In this document: positions 24,835 to 32,403 of the stretch, piece after piece
Position numbering within the stretch: position 1 is the stretch's first letter
How the letters are laid out: each line of letters starts with the position of its first letter
From: a virus
Lineage: Duplodnaviria > Caudoviricetes
Strand: one strand, 5' to 3'
DNA length: 64,000 bases
IMG/VR virus record: IMGVR_UViG_2799113183_000001
Location: 3,426-67,425 of that record
Position numbers and translations under genes: made by a program
The notes under the pieces: generated by a model
Told to the model about the DNA's origin: nothing
Seen by the model: the letters and a program-made list of their open reading frames with translations, nothing else
Databases searched by the model: none

Positions 24835-26076
24835 TCAGAATAGGCATCGTTGGGGAGTGAATTTGAACCACATATTGTAGTGAAAATCCATCGTCCCGCA
24901 CATTTTGTCTTCGTATGCCCTGGATATGGCTGTCTTCATATTGTCAAGCGTATTATTGTACGAACCGCAGGCCCATGAAAGGGCTCCAAGAGCAAGTTTC
25001 CCTGGCCAGGTTACTTTGCCCGCAAATCCCCCGATGAACAAGTACTGGCAATACTCTGCGGCCTCAGATTTTGCGTCTTCAAGGTCTCGTGCGACTCTCT
25101 TCATGTCATCAAGCGAGTTTATTTGTGACCTGAATCCACCTGTGTAGTCGGTGCGGATAACGCCCCACTGGGCCTTTACCTCGGGTGGCGGGCACTGCCC
25201 ATTGCATCCACCGCTAGGGACAGGCACAGGGAAGGGCTCTTTGCTCCACGACCGCGACGGCTCACCCTGCCGACGTGGCCCCCCGCTGGGGAGCATGCTG
25301 CTAAGAACATCGGGAATTTCACTTACTACCTCGTTCAGCACTTCGTCGGCAGGATTCCCGAAGGACTGAGCAACGGCCTGACACTGCTGCTGACGGTCAT
25401 CCAATTGCTGCGTGGTGTCGTCTTGCTTGTTCTGCGGCTGCTCGGGCTGCTGAGTCTGCGTCGGGGCCTGACTCGGCTGCTGCTGTTGCGGCTGCTGGGG
25501 TTGTTGTCCCTGTTGCGGTGATTGTTGTTGCGGCGCTTGGAAATCCGGATTGGGTTTACCGGGGCCTTGGGTGTATCCGGGAGCGGTCGAGTAGTTGGGG
25601 GGCTGGGTACCGTGGGCTGGCTGGTCCCATCCCTGTTGCGGCTGCTGCTGACCGCCAGACTGGCTGCCTTGCTGGGGCGCTCCCTGTGCGCCGGTTTGGT
25701 AGATTGATATGCCGTTGTCTTGATTCATCGGGGGCTGATTGCCGCCCTGATATTCAGGCATTGAGCTGGGCATTTGAGGTGGCTGGAATTGCTGGCCCCC
25801 GTCCATACCCGGCCCGCCAGTTGGGCCGGGAGCGCCTGTGGGGTCGGCGGCAGCGGTCTGGACGGTCGAAAATCCGCTACCCGGCATAGTCTGGTCGCTG
25901 GCAATCTTCGCGCCACCGATCACGAGGGCTGCAATGGCTATGGCCGCGAGCGTTCGACGGGTGGCGGGGGAGACGCGTCGTTGGGCCTTCTGAACATCAG
26001 GCCAGCGTTGCAGAGTGCGGCACCAGTACGTCTTGTACTGGTTGCGAAGGTTATCGTCGCGCGACATAGGGAACAC
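24835..26076 (-). CDS. secreted Gln/Pro/Gly-rich protein with Cys-containing C-terminal domain
   Basis: Hydrophobic RRTLAAIAIAALVIGGA segment, long Q/P-rich linker, globular C-terminus; start uncertain. Confidence 0.75.
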   Translation of the reverse strand: MFPMSRDDNLRNQYKTYWCRTLQRWPDVQKAQRRVSPATRRTLAAIAIAALVIGGAKIASDQTMPGSGFSTVQTAAADPTGAPGPTGGPGMDGGQQFQPPQMPSSMPEYQGGNQPPMNQDNGISIYQTGAQGAPQQGSQSGGQQQPQQGWDQPAHGTQPPNYSTAPGYTQGPGKPNPDFQAPQQQSPQQGQQPQQPQQQQPSQAPTQTQQPEQPQNKQDDTTQQLDDRQQQCQAVAQSFGNPADEVLNEVVSEIPDVLSSMLPSGGPRRQGEPSRSWSKEPFPVPVPSGGCNGQCPPPEVKAQWGVIRTDYTGGFRSQINSLDDMKRVARDLEDAKSEAAEYCQYLFIGGFAGKVTWPGKLALGALSWACGSYNNTLDNMKTAISRAYEDKMCGTMDFHYNMWFKFTPQRCLF

Positions 26077-26174
26077 CGTAAGGCATGACGACCTGCACGT
26101 AAATCCGAATCAGAAAACTTGGGGCCGGTTTGCGGCCCGGATGGTCCGCGACCTGCAGAAAGGTTGCGACATGA

Positions 26175-26251
26175 CTGACTGTAGCTCAATTTGGTAGAGC
26201 GCTGGCTTTGGGAGCCAGGGGTTCGGGGTTCAAATCCCTGTAGTCAGACCA
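26175..26251 (+). tRNA. tRNA-Pro(TGG)
   Basis: CTGGC-TTTGGGA-GCCAG; encoded CCA. Confidence 0.92.
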
Positions 26252-26252
26252 C

Positions 26253-26336
26253 GCGTAGGTTGGGCTTGTTGGGCAAGGCCCTCCAGACTGTAAATCTGGC
26301 GCTTCGGCTACGGCGGTTCGATTCCGTCCCTGCGTA
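26253..26336 (+). tRNA. tRNA-Tyr(GTA)
   Basis: CCAGA-CTGTAAA-TCTGG; long variable arm. Confidence 0.88.
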
Positions 26337-26392
26337 CAACGATGCCCGCTAAGGCTAGAGCTGTGAGGCTTCCTTACTTCGGCGGGATTCGA

Positions 26393-26465
26393 CGGCATGT
26401 AGCTCAGTTGGTAGAGCACCGGAGTGAAGTCCCGGAGCGCGCAGGTTCGAATCCTGCTGTGTCGG
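26393..26465 (+). tRNA. tRNA-Phe(GAA), atypical anticodon loop
   Basis: Canonical D/T arms; CCGGA-GTGAAGT-CCCGG. Confidence 0.75.
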
Positions 26466-26553
26466 CCCGGTTAGAAGCATAAGCGCTCGACCTGTTGACC
26501 TGCTATTTTGCCGGAAAAGCTCAGGTCGTGTAGCGGCATCTTCTCGACTGCAT

Positions 26554-26624
26554 ATCGCGCTGGTGTAGTGGTAGCACAACGGCTTCCAAACCCGTTGGTG
26601 TGGGTTCGATTCCTACGTGCGGTG
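26554..26624 (+). tRNA. tRNA-Trp(CCA) (alternative reading Gly TCC)
   Basis: Canonical spacing gives ACGGC-TTCCAAA-CCCGT with G73 discriminator. Confidence 0.7.
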
Positions 26625-26700
26625 CAATGGGCCATGGTTCCGCGAGGAGCGGGTAGACCTGGATGCCTGATCACCGATTGTCGGCGGTATATCCGGCTTT

Positions 26701-26774
26701 GGTTCCGTATCCCAATTGGCAGAGGATTCCGGCTTAGACCCGGTTTAGTGTGCGTTCGAGTCGCACCGGAACTA
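26701..26774 (+). tRNA. tRNA-Leu(TAG), short variable loop
   Basis: GGTTCCG/CGGAACT acceptor; loop CTTAGAC. Confidence 0.88.
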
Positions 26775-26849
26775 CGCGTAGTAGCTCAGTGGTAGAGCGT
26801 CCGGTTGTGGCCCGGATTACTTGGGTTCGATTCCCGGCTATCGCCACCA
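26775..26849 (+). tRNA. tRNA-His(GTG), irregular acceptor stem
   Basis: TCCGG-TTGTGGC-CCGGA; encoded CCA; bulged acceptor. Confidence 0.8.
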
Positions 26850-26889
26850 ACTTTAGGGGACTTGGCTAAACCTGCCTAAATGCCCTAAT

Positions 26890-26964
26890 TGCCCGGTAGC
26901 ACAATTTGGCAGTTGCGCCCCGCTCTGGACGGGGAGGTTGTTGGTTCGATTCCAGCTCGGGCAG
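26890..26964 (+). tRNA. tRNA-Gln(CTG)
   Basis: CCCCG-CTCTGGA-CGGGG. Confidence 0.9.
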
Positions 26965-27091
26965 CATGTGGAAATATGATGAGTTGAGGCATTTATCGTC
27001 TGGCTGTATTTGTACGGTGAATACCCTTGGTCCGGGTCCAAGGTTGGTGTTGGACGCGGATTGTGAGCGTGCTATTGCGCGTGGTGAAGAT

Positions 27092-27164
27092 GTCGCGGTG
27101 GAGTAATTGGTATCTCGCTAGGCTCTCAACCTAGAGATTGCGGGTTCGACCCCCGTCCGTGATA
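27092..27164 (+). tRNA. tRNA-Glu(CTC)
   Basis: CTAGG-CTCTCAA-CCTAG. Confidence 0.9.
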
Positions 27165-27185
27165 CGCGTCAGTTATGATGATCGC

Positions 27186-27557
27186 ATGGCCATTCCATTG
27201 CTGTGGTATCCGAGTGAGTTACGTGAAGCTGCTGAGAGCTTGCTTAGCCTTGAAAGGCGTTTAGTAAATTTCGAGTCAATGCGTAGAACTCTGACTGAGG
27301 AGCGTGAGCGGAATGAACACGCTCAGATACTAAAGAGATTCAACGAAATTATCGCACCGTACGAATTTAGCCGGATAAGTTCGGATTCACCGCTAGGTCT
27401 GCTGAGTAACATAGTTATACAGTCGGGAGACGGGGATATGAATCCGCGCACGATCCGCGTTGTGGCTGATCTGTTGTCCGATATCGCTCGAAGCTTGGAG
27501 TACTGCCATGCGGCTGCGGCGCACACCGTTTACAGGCTTTTGAATGGTGTCTCGTGA
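27186..27557 (+). CDS. hypothetical protein inside the tRNA array
   Basis: 123-aa helical ORF filling the Glu-Gly spacer, AT-richer than flanks. Confidence 0.55.
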   Translation: MAIPLLWYPSELREAAESLLSLERRLVNFESMRRTLTEERERNEHAQILKRFNEIIAPYEFSRISSDSPLGLLSNIVIQSGDGDMNPRTIRVVADLLSDIARSLEYCHAAAAHTVYRLLNGVS

Positions 27558-27564
27558 TTCATTT

Positions 27565-27637
27565 GTGGTAGTCGTATAGCGGCCTAGTACCCCTGCCTTC
27601 CAAGCAGGTGACGCGAGTTCAAATCTCGCTTACCACA
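27565..27637 (+). tRNA. tRNA-Gly(TCC)
   Basis: CCTGC-CTTCCAA-GCAGG. Confidence 0.9.
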
Positions 27638-27642
27638 CTTCG

Positions 27643-27831
27643 TTATTTTAATTGCTCGACTTGTACCGCAGCCATAGAACATGCGATTGATGTCAGCGCA
27701 TTGGCTAGGGCGAATAGGCAGCGCTCTTGTACGGTCTGCACAGCCTGCGGCGCTGTGCTATTGAGAATGTCTTTGGCCTCGGTCGCGCGCGAAACCGCAT
27801 TGACCGTGAGGTCATGATGGTCCAGGTTCAT
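27643..27831 (-). CDS. hypothetical protein inside the tRNA array
   Basis: 62-aa ORF exactly filling the Gly-Lys spacer. Confidence 0.45.
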   Translation of the reverse strand: MNLDHHDLTVNAVSRATEAKDILNSTAPQAVQTVQERCLFALANALTSIACSMAAVQVEQLK

Positions 27832-27847
27832 GCAGATCAGCGTACAG

Positions 27848-27919
27848 CCCTCGCTAGCTCAGTGGTAGAGCTGCTGGCTCTTAACCAGTAGGTCCGGGGT
27901 TCGATTCCCTGGCGGGGGA
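27848..27919 (+). tRNA. tRNA-Lys(CTT)
   Basis: GCTGG-CTCTTAA-CCAGT. Confidence 0.9.
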
Positions 27920-28001
27920 CGTTAGGAACGGCTGCGTGTCGTAGAACGCCATGCCTCGAAATTCTATGCACACATATTCAGTGCTGACCTCGAATATTTG
28001 G

Positions 28002-28090
28002 GGAAAGTAATGCAGCGGGGAGTCCTGCGACCAGTCTTGAAAACTGGGTAGCGCGTAATGGCGCTTGGGGTGCGAGTCCTCTGCTTTCCA
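28002..28090 (+). tRNA. tRNA-Ser(TGA)
   Basis: CCAGT-CTTGAAA-ACTGG; long variable arm; T loop TGCGAGT. Confidence 0.82.
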
Positions 28091-28094
28091 CTCA

Positions 28095-28166
28095 GGGCCG
28101 TTAGTTTAGTCGGTAAAATTCCTGTTTTGCACGCAGGAGTCCGGGGTTCGATTCCCCGATGGTCCA
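28095..28166 (+). tRNA. tRNA-Ala(TGC)
   Basis: CCTGT-TTTGCAC-GCAGG; G3:U70 pair in GGGCCGT/ATGGTCC. Confidence 0.9.
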
Positions 28167-28172
28167 CTTTGT

Positions 28173-28246
28173 GCCGTTGTGTCCGATTGGTTAGGTGCTG
28201 GCCTGCAAAGCCGGTTAGTCCGGTTCGATTCCGGGGGACGGCTCCA
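28173..28246 (+). tRNA. tRNA-Cys(GCA)
   Basis: CTGGC-CTGCAAA-GCCGG; U73 followed by CCA. Confidence 0.88.
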
Positions 28247-28405
28247 CCCTGGTTTCTTGTAGTAGCTTTGCAAGATGTTCCGCCAGATTCTTGGCGCGGC
28301 GGCGCACTGAGGTTTCACGCGCCATAGCGGCTAGTAAATAGAGGTCGGCACACATTAGTGATGCCTTATCCCTATCTAGGCGGATGGCGTCGGCCATTTG
28401 TTTAT

Positions 28406-28477
28406 TCCTCCGTAGCTCAATGGCAGAGCTGCGCCCTGTTAAGGCGTAGGTTGGTGGTTCGAGTCCATCCGGGGGAG
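28406..28477 (+). tRNA. tRNA-Asn(GTT)
   Basis: GCGCC-CTGTTAA-GGCGT. Confidence 0.9.
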
Positions 28478-28490
28478 CTTTTAGTTGGAT

Positions 28491-28531
28491 TCGTCCAGCT
28501 TGGGGATTTAAAGCTGTGCACAGTGGAGCGC
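28491..28531. repeat. 41-bp direct repeat copy 1
   Basis: 36/41 identical to 29048-29088; contains CAGCTT/AAGCTG inverted repeat. Confidence 0.85.
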
Positions 28532-28558
28532 TCCTGCCGGTTACCGGACCTGCCGGGC

Positions 28559-28777
28559 TTAGTGTATGTCGCGTCGGCGTTCGACGTGCCAGCCAGCACG
28601 CCACGCGCGGGCATCGTCTAGGTCTCCGGGTGGTGCGGGGATGTGTGGGTTGCCCAGTGCTGGCGTGCCTGCCTTGTAGGCCTCCTTGCCGTCTTGGTAG
28701 ACGGTCGCGCGGTGTTCGGCGTCTGCCGGGGGTTCTGGCGCGGTCATGGTGTGAGTGTATGTCGTGCGTGCGGTCAT
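28559..28777 (-). CDS. Rmf/CrpP-like small protein
   Basis: YQDGKEAYKAG...NPH...AWRAGW motif; RBS GAAGGAA. Confidence 0.6.
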   Translation of the reverse strand: MTARTTYTHTMTAPEPPADAEHRATVYQDGKEAYKAGTPALGNPHIPAPPGDLDDARAWRAGWHVERRRDIH

Positions 28778-28887
28778 GGGTGGTTCCTTCTATGCTTGGG
28801 GTGCCGACCAGGCGGGAGCAACTTTTCTATTCATCGGAAACTGTTGGTCCAACTCCTTTGCCTGGTCGGTTTCATTGTTTGACGTGG

Positions 28888-29031
28888 CTAGTCTTCCTCG
28901 GTCCAGAATTGGCCGTCTGGGTAGATGTTTGACAGGTTGGTGACGATTCGTTCGCCGATGCTCGCCGATACTTCGGTGATCACGATGCGGTCCTGGTCGA
29001 TTGCGTCTTTGGCCCATACGGTTACTGACAT
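28888..29031 (-). CDS. small hypothetical protein (47 aa)
   Basis: Strong RBS GAAAGGAA before MSVTVWAKDAID. Confidence 0.6.
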   Translation of the reverse strand: MSVTVWAKDAIDQDRIVITEVSASIGERIVTNLSNIYPDGQFWTEED

Positions 29032-29047
29032 TTGGTTCCTTTCGTTT

Positions 29048-29088
29048 TCGTCCAGCTTGGCGATTAAAAGCTGTGCATAGTAGGGCGC
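29048..29088. repeat. 41-bp direct repeat copy 2
   Basis: Matches 28491-28531. Confidence 0.85.
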
Positions 29089-29097
29089 CAGTCGCGG

Positions 29098-29238
29098 CTA
29101 ACGCGGTACCGGCCATGTTTTGGATGGGCACGCTTCGGCGTCATCGGCGCTGATGTGTCCCCATTGGAGATGGTTCGGAGCGTCGGGGTACAGCTTTTGG
29201 AGTGATCTACCGCAGTCGCGGCATGCGTCATTCGCCAT
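29098..29238 (-). CDS. small Cys/His protein
   Basis: MANDACRDCGR...HISADDAEAC; overlap-coupled. Confidence 0.4.
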   Translation of the reverse strand: MANDACRDCGRSLQKLYPDAPNHLQWGHISADDAEACPSKTWPVPR

Positions 29239-29401
29239 CGCTTGACTCGCATGCCGGGTCGTGTGGTTCGGATATGTGCGCGTCGCACGCTGTGCAGCGA
29301 TCGGACGTAGATTCACAGGTGCACGGTTCCGGGTATCCGCAGTACGAGCATTTCGCGAGCCCGTCCCAGATGGCATCAAAGTCATATACCTCAGTACTCA
29401 T
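29228..29401 (-). CDS. small Cys-rich protein
   Basis: ATGA coupling; CSYC, CTC, CTAC motifs. Confidence 0.5.
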   Translation of the reverse strand: MSTEVYDFDAIWDGLAKCSYCGYPEPCTCESTSDRCTACDAHISEPHDPACESSDGE

Positions 29402-29562
29402 GGTCTAGTGACCTCTCCGTCGTGGATCTTCTGCGCAAGCTCACCTAACCGCCATTGCATAGCCTGCTCAATTTGGTACATCTCTAGGATTGCTGCGGCA
29501 CCCCATAGCGCTCCTGCGGCTGCATTTCGACGTTTCTGTTCGGCTGCGCTGACCTTGTCCAT
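29398..29562 (-). CDS. small hypothetical protein
   Basis: RBS GGGAG; ATGA coupling. Confidence 0.55.
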   Translation of the reverse strand: MDKVSAAEQKRRNAAAGALWGAAAILEMYQIEQAMQWRLGELAQKIHDGEVTRP

Positions 29563-29570
29563 TGGTCTCC

Positions 29571-30140
29571 CTATCGGTTATTGATGTAGCCGGAACCGGC
29601 GTAGTGCTGGCCGCTGTCCATCTGGTCACGCAACATGCGGTACGTGACACGCCCGTGCGTATCGAACCACGTCAGCATTTCGTCGCTGGCGTACTTGCGC
29701 AGCTCGCGCAGGTTGCAGAACCACAGATTGCGCGCGTTGTACTTACCCGCGTGCTCACGCTTAGTCATGTGTCCGCGTGTATCCGCTTCCGCGCGTAGGT
29801 ATTCCATCTCGGCTACGTCGCGATGGTACAGCCTCACCAACTGGTCATAGCCCGGTGCAACGTATCCGAGCGAGCGCAGATCAGCGATTGCCTTCTGCCG
29901 GTTGGTCAGCTCGGGTTCGGGTGCGGGCGGTTCGTCTGCCTCGGCGGTATCAACGACGGTGTTTGCATCGATGATGTCGATTGCCTGATACAGGCAGTCC
30001 AGTACGTCGCCGGTTGCGCCCGCTTTGTGCAGCGCGTCTAGTGCGTCGGCAAGTATGTCTAGTTGGTGCTGACGGTTGGCGAGTTCGGCGGCGATAGCAT
30101 TTTGCACCGCTTGCAACTCGTCAGTCGGGTAGTCGCGCAT
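29571..30140 (-). CDS. conserved actinophage hypothetical protein
   Basis: C-terminal RKYASDEMLTWFDTHGRVT motif; RBS AAAGGA; promoter upstream. Confidence 0.7.
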   Translation of the reverse strand: MRDYPTDELQAVQNAIAAELANRQHQLDILADALDALHKAGATGDVLDCLYQAIDIIDANTVVDTAEADEPPAPEPELTNRQKAIADLRSLGYVAPGYDQLVRLYHRDVAEMEYLRAEADTRGHMTKREHAGKYNARNLWFCNLRELRKYASDEMLTWFDTHGRVTYRMLRDQMDSGQHYAGSGYINNR

Positions 30141-30188
30141 GTTCACGAATTGATCCTTTGGGAGGGTACGTGTTGGCCTTACTAACGT

Positions 30189-30217
30189 AGCGTACCAAGT
30201 ACGTACGTTAAACGCAA
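30189..30217 (-). promoter_or_regulatory. leftward SigA-type promoter with operator
   Basis: Minus strand TTGCGT-N17-TACGCT; spacer holds a 17-bp motif shared with 31776-31792. Confidence 0.65.
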
Positions 30218-30225
30218 TCAGAAAC

Positions 30226-30423
30226 TTATTTGACGCGGATATGCGGATTCTCACCCGCGACGATGCGTTGCAGACTGCCACGCGATAGGCCGGTGTGCTG
30301 TTCTAGCTCGCTGAATGCGTACCCGTTGGCTTTAGCCGCGCGTATGTCGTTGTAGAACTTGTGCGCGAGCGCGAGGATTGCCGCGTGCTGTTCACGCATA
30401 GCGGCCAGTACCTCGTCTGCCAT
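30226..30423 (-). CDS. small HTH DNA-binding protein (Cro-like)
   Basis: FSELEQHTGLSRGSLQRIV helix-turn-helix. Confidence 0.75.
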   Translation of the reverse strand: MADEVLAAMREQHAAILALAHKFYNDIRAAKANGYAFSELEQHTGLSRGSLQRIVAGENPHIRVK

Positions 30424-30604
30424 GGTTGGACAGTACACGCTCACCTTGCGATATCTCGTGTAGCCGCTGGTCAAGCTGGTCTAGGCGTGTCTGCATGACG
30501 CGCATTTCGGCTAGCAAGTCTTGGCGCTGGCGTTCTACCTTGACGCGTTCGGCGGTAAGCATGGCTGCGGCTGTCTCGTCTGACATGCCGGGGATGATGG
30601 GCAA
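30392..30604 (-). CDS. coiled-coil hypothetical protein
   Basis: Heptad-like QDLLAEMRVMQTRLDQLDQRL; operon context. Confidence 0.5.
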   Translation of the reverse strand: MPIIPGMSDETAAAMLTAERVKVERQRQDLLAEMRVMQTRLDQLDQRLHEISQGERVLSNHGRRGTGRYA

Positions 30605-30615
30605 CTGAATGGTCC

Positions 30616-30888
30616 TTAGATCAGGGTGAGTTGTTCGGCCTGGCTACGTGTCTTGCATGGCGCGTTGTACAACAACCCGTGCTCAACGTACTCGCTGAAT
30701 GGTCGATAGTCGCAACGGCGCTCTATGACGACGTATCGCGCTTCGGGGTGGTCAATTATCCAGTCGTAGCAGCGCTGCCAATCTTGGCTTACGGCGTGCA
30801 CGGTCGCGGTGACGGGGTTACGGACAACCCAAGGGTTATCTTCCGGGCCGAGGGTGACGGATACGAGGGCGAGCATGTCGAATTGCAT
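30616..30888 (-). CDS. hypothetical protein
   Basis: Leftward operon context. Confidence 0.55.
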   Translation of the reverse strand: MQFDMLALVSVTLGPEDNPWVVRNPVTATVHAVSQDWQRCYDWIIDHPEARYVVIERRCDYRPFSEYVEHGLLYNAPCKTRSQAEQLTLI

Positions 30889-30892
30889 CGGG

Positions 30893-31117
30893 CTATGCCT
30901 CTCTGCTGTGTCTGGCTATGTATGGCTGTTGAGTCACGATGTCAATGCTTGTGTCGCGAGTGAGCTGCTTCGCGTCGTAGTGCGGCCAATGCGCTGGCGC
31001 GGCGTGGCGTCCTTCATTCCATTTCGTCGGGCGCGGGACGATTCCCTTGCGTAGCCGGACCATTAAGCGTCGGGTGACGAGTTCGTGGTAAGTCTTGGGC
31101 GGGGTAATGGTGGTCAT
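30893..31117 (-). CDS. hypothetical protein
   Basis: RBS AGGA before MTTITPP. Confidence 0.5.
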   Translation of the reverse strand: MTTITPPKTYHELVTRRLMVRLRKGIVPRPTKWNEGRHAAPAHWPHYDAKQLTRDTSIDIVTQQPYIARHSREA

Positions 31118-31145
31118 TTGTGTGAGTCCTATTCTGCTGATGGGG

Positions 31146-31688
31146 TTAGAGGGCACGCATTGCGGCTAGACGGTCAAGCGCTGCGGTTTCCCTGCGCTCT
31201 GCCTCTACACGTTCCTTGATGGCGCTATCCGCATCGTCCAGTGCGTCGGCAATCAGCGCATCCTTGGCCGCTTCAATGGTGAGGTATTTTTCAGCGGCCA
31301 ATTGAACAGCCTGCTTAACTTTGTCGCGTGCGCTGTCCGTCAGATGGGTGTAGGACATCGTTGCGCGGTAACCAATGCGCTGTACGCCGGTATCGGTCAG
31401 CATGTCGCGAATCTCCTCATGCCAGCATGCCAGACGCGCGGGTTCAAAGGCGGCGTGCTCGTAGTTGTCGTACTTCTTGCCGTTGACGGTCAATTCATCA
31501 GGGGCGAATGACAGGGTGAGCCGAACTGTTGTGAATGCGGGCTGCTCGACACGCTTGTCCCCATCCCAATATGAATCTGCTTTGACTTTGTGGGCACGAA
31601 TGCCGACCTTGGCGATACCGTCAATACCACGCCCCTTGACGTGGATGCGGATCACATTGTCATTGTTCTCAAGTTCGGTGATGTTCAT
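31146..31688 (-). CDS. hypothetical protein (first gene of leftward operon)
   Basis: 180-aa ORF downstream of a clear promoter. Confidence 0.75.
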   Translation of the reverse strand: MNITELENNDNVIRIHVKGRGIDGIAKVGIRAHKVKADSYWDGDKRVEQPAFTTVRLTLSFAPDELTVNGKKYDNYEHAAFEPARLACWHEEIRDMLTDTGVQRIGYRATMSYTHLTDSARDKVKQAVQLAAEKYLTIEAAKDALIADALDDADSAIKERVEAERRETAALDRLAAMRAL

Positions 31689-31773
31689 TGGGAGGGTCCT
31701 ATACTAGTGGGAGGGTATTTAGCGGGTCGCTAGCGTCTGTCTGTCGCTGTCCTAGCCTGGCCTGCTGATCAAT

Positions 31774-31803
31774 ACCGTACCAACTACGTACGCAATACGT
31801 CAA
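31774..31803 (-). promoter_or_regulatory. leftward SigA-type promoter with operator
   Basis: Minus strand TTGACG-N18-TACGGT; operator CGTACCAACTACGTACG (31776-31792 on +). Confidence 0.75.
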
Positions 31804-31809
31804 CCCCAA

Positions 31810-32400
31810 TTCTGAAACGGCGCACAACCAGCATGTTCACCACGTACGCCGCACATTTACTACTGCATACCAACTACGCATTTACTGCGCATCCACACGC
31901 ATGGCTAGGCGCCACCCATAGGCACTAGCGCGCACAGGTAGGCGCATTCACCCACGCCCTACCCATTCAACCCATGTAGGGCCATTCAGCCCCTAAACAT
32001 TCACACCCTCACCTTTAAGCGTTACCCACCCACACACATACACGTGAGCTATGTGTAACCGCACCAATGAGCAACCACCCCGATATGTGTAACCCACCCC
32101 AAAACACCAATGTTTGCACGCTAACTTTGCATAAACACAGGTCAAGCCAAGAATCACCCAAGATTTTATATCGGATTCTTGACCCAATGAGCTAACACCT
32201 GGTGCGGCAATACTTCGTGGATGTCTGAGTTATTAGCGCTGGTCAGGGCATGAATTAAGTAGGTATGCACCCCCTGGGGGGTGGCTCAAAATTCCTGCTC
32301 AGCACACGCCTACCTCGGCCAGCGTTTCCTCTCTCTCTGGACTTTTAGGCCGAAGAAAACTGAATAACGACTGTCAATCAATACCGAACCTTGGGGGGGT
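31810..32400. other. non-coding gap, probable packaging/genome-end region
   Basis: About 600 bp without a credible ORF, between divergent operons, just upstream of HNH and terminase genes; short direct repeats. Confidence 0.55.
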
Positions 32401-32403
32401 TTC

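Noticed and set aside
25380-25780. Q/P-rich tandem-like DNA repeats
   Set aside because: Explained by the low-complexity protein linker of ORF 24835-26076
26554-26624. Calling this tRNA Gly(TCC)
   Set aside because: Canonical spacing centres CCA in the loop, the discriminator is G, and a canonical Gly(TCC) exists at 27565
26966-27106. 46-aa ORF between tRNA-Gln and tRNA-Glu
   Set aside because: No RBS, no recognisable motif, and it runs into the tRNA-Glu 5' end
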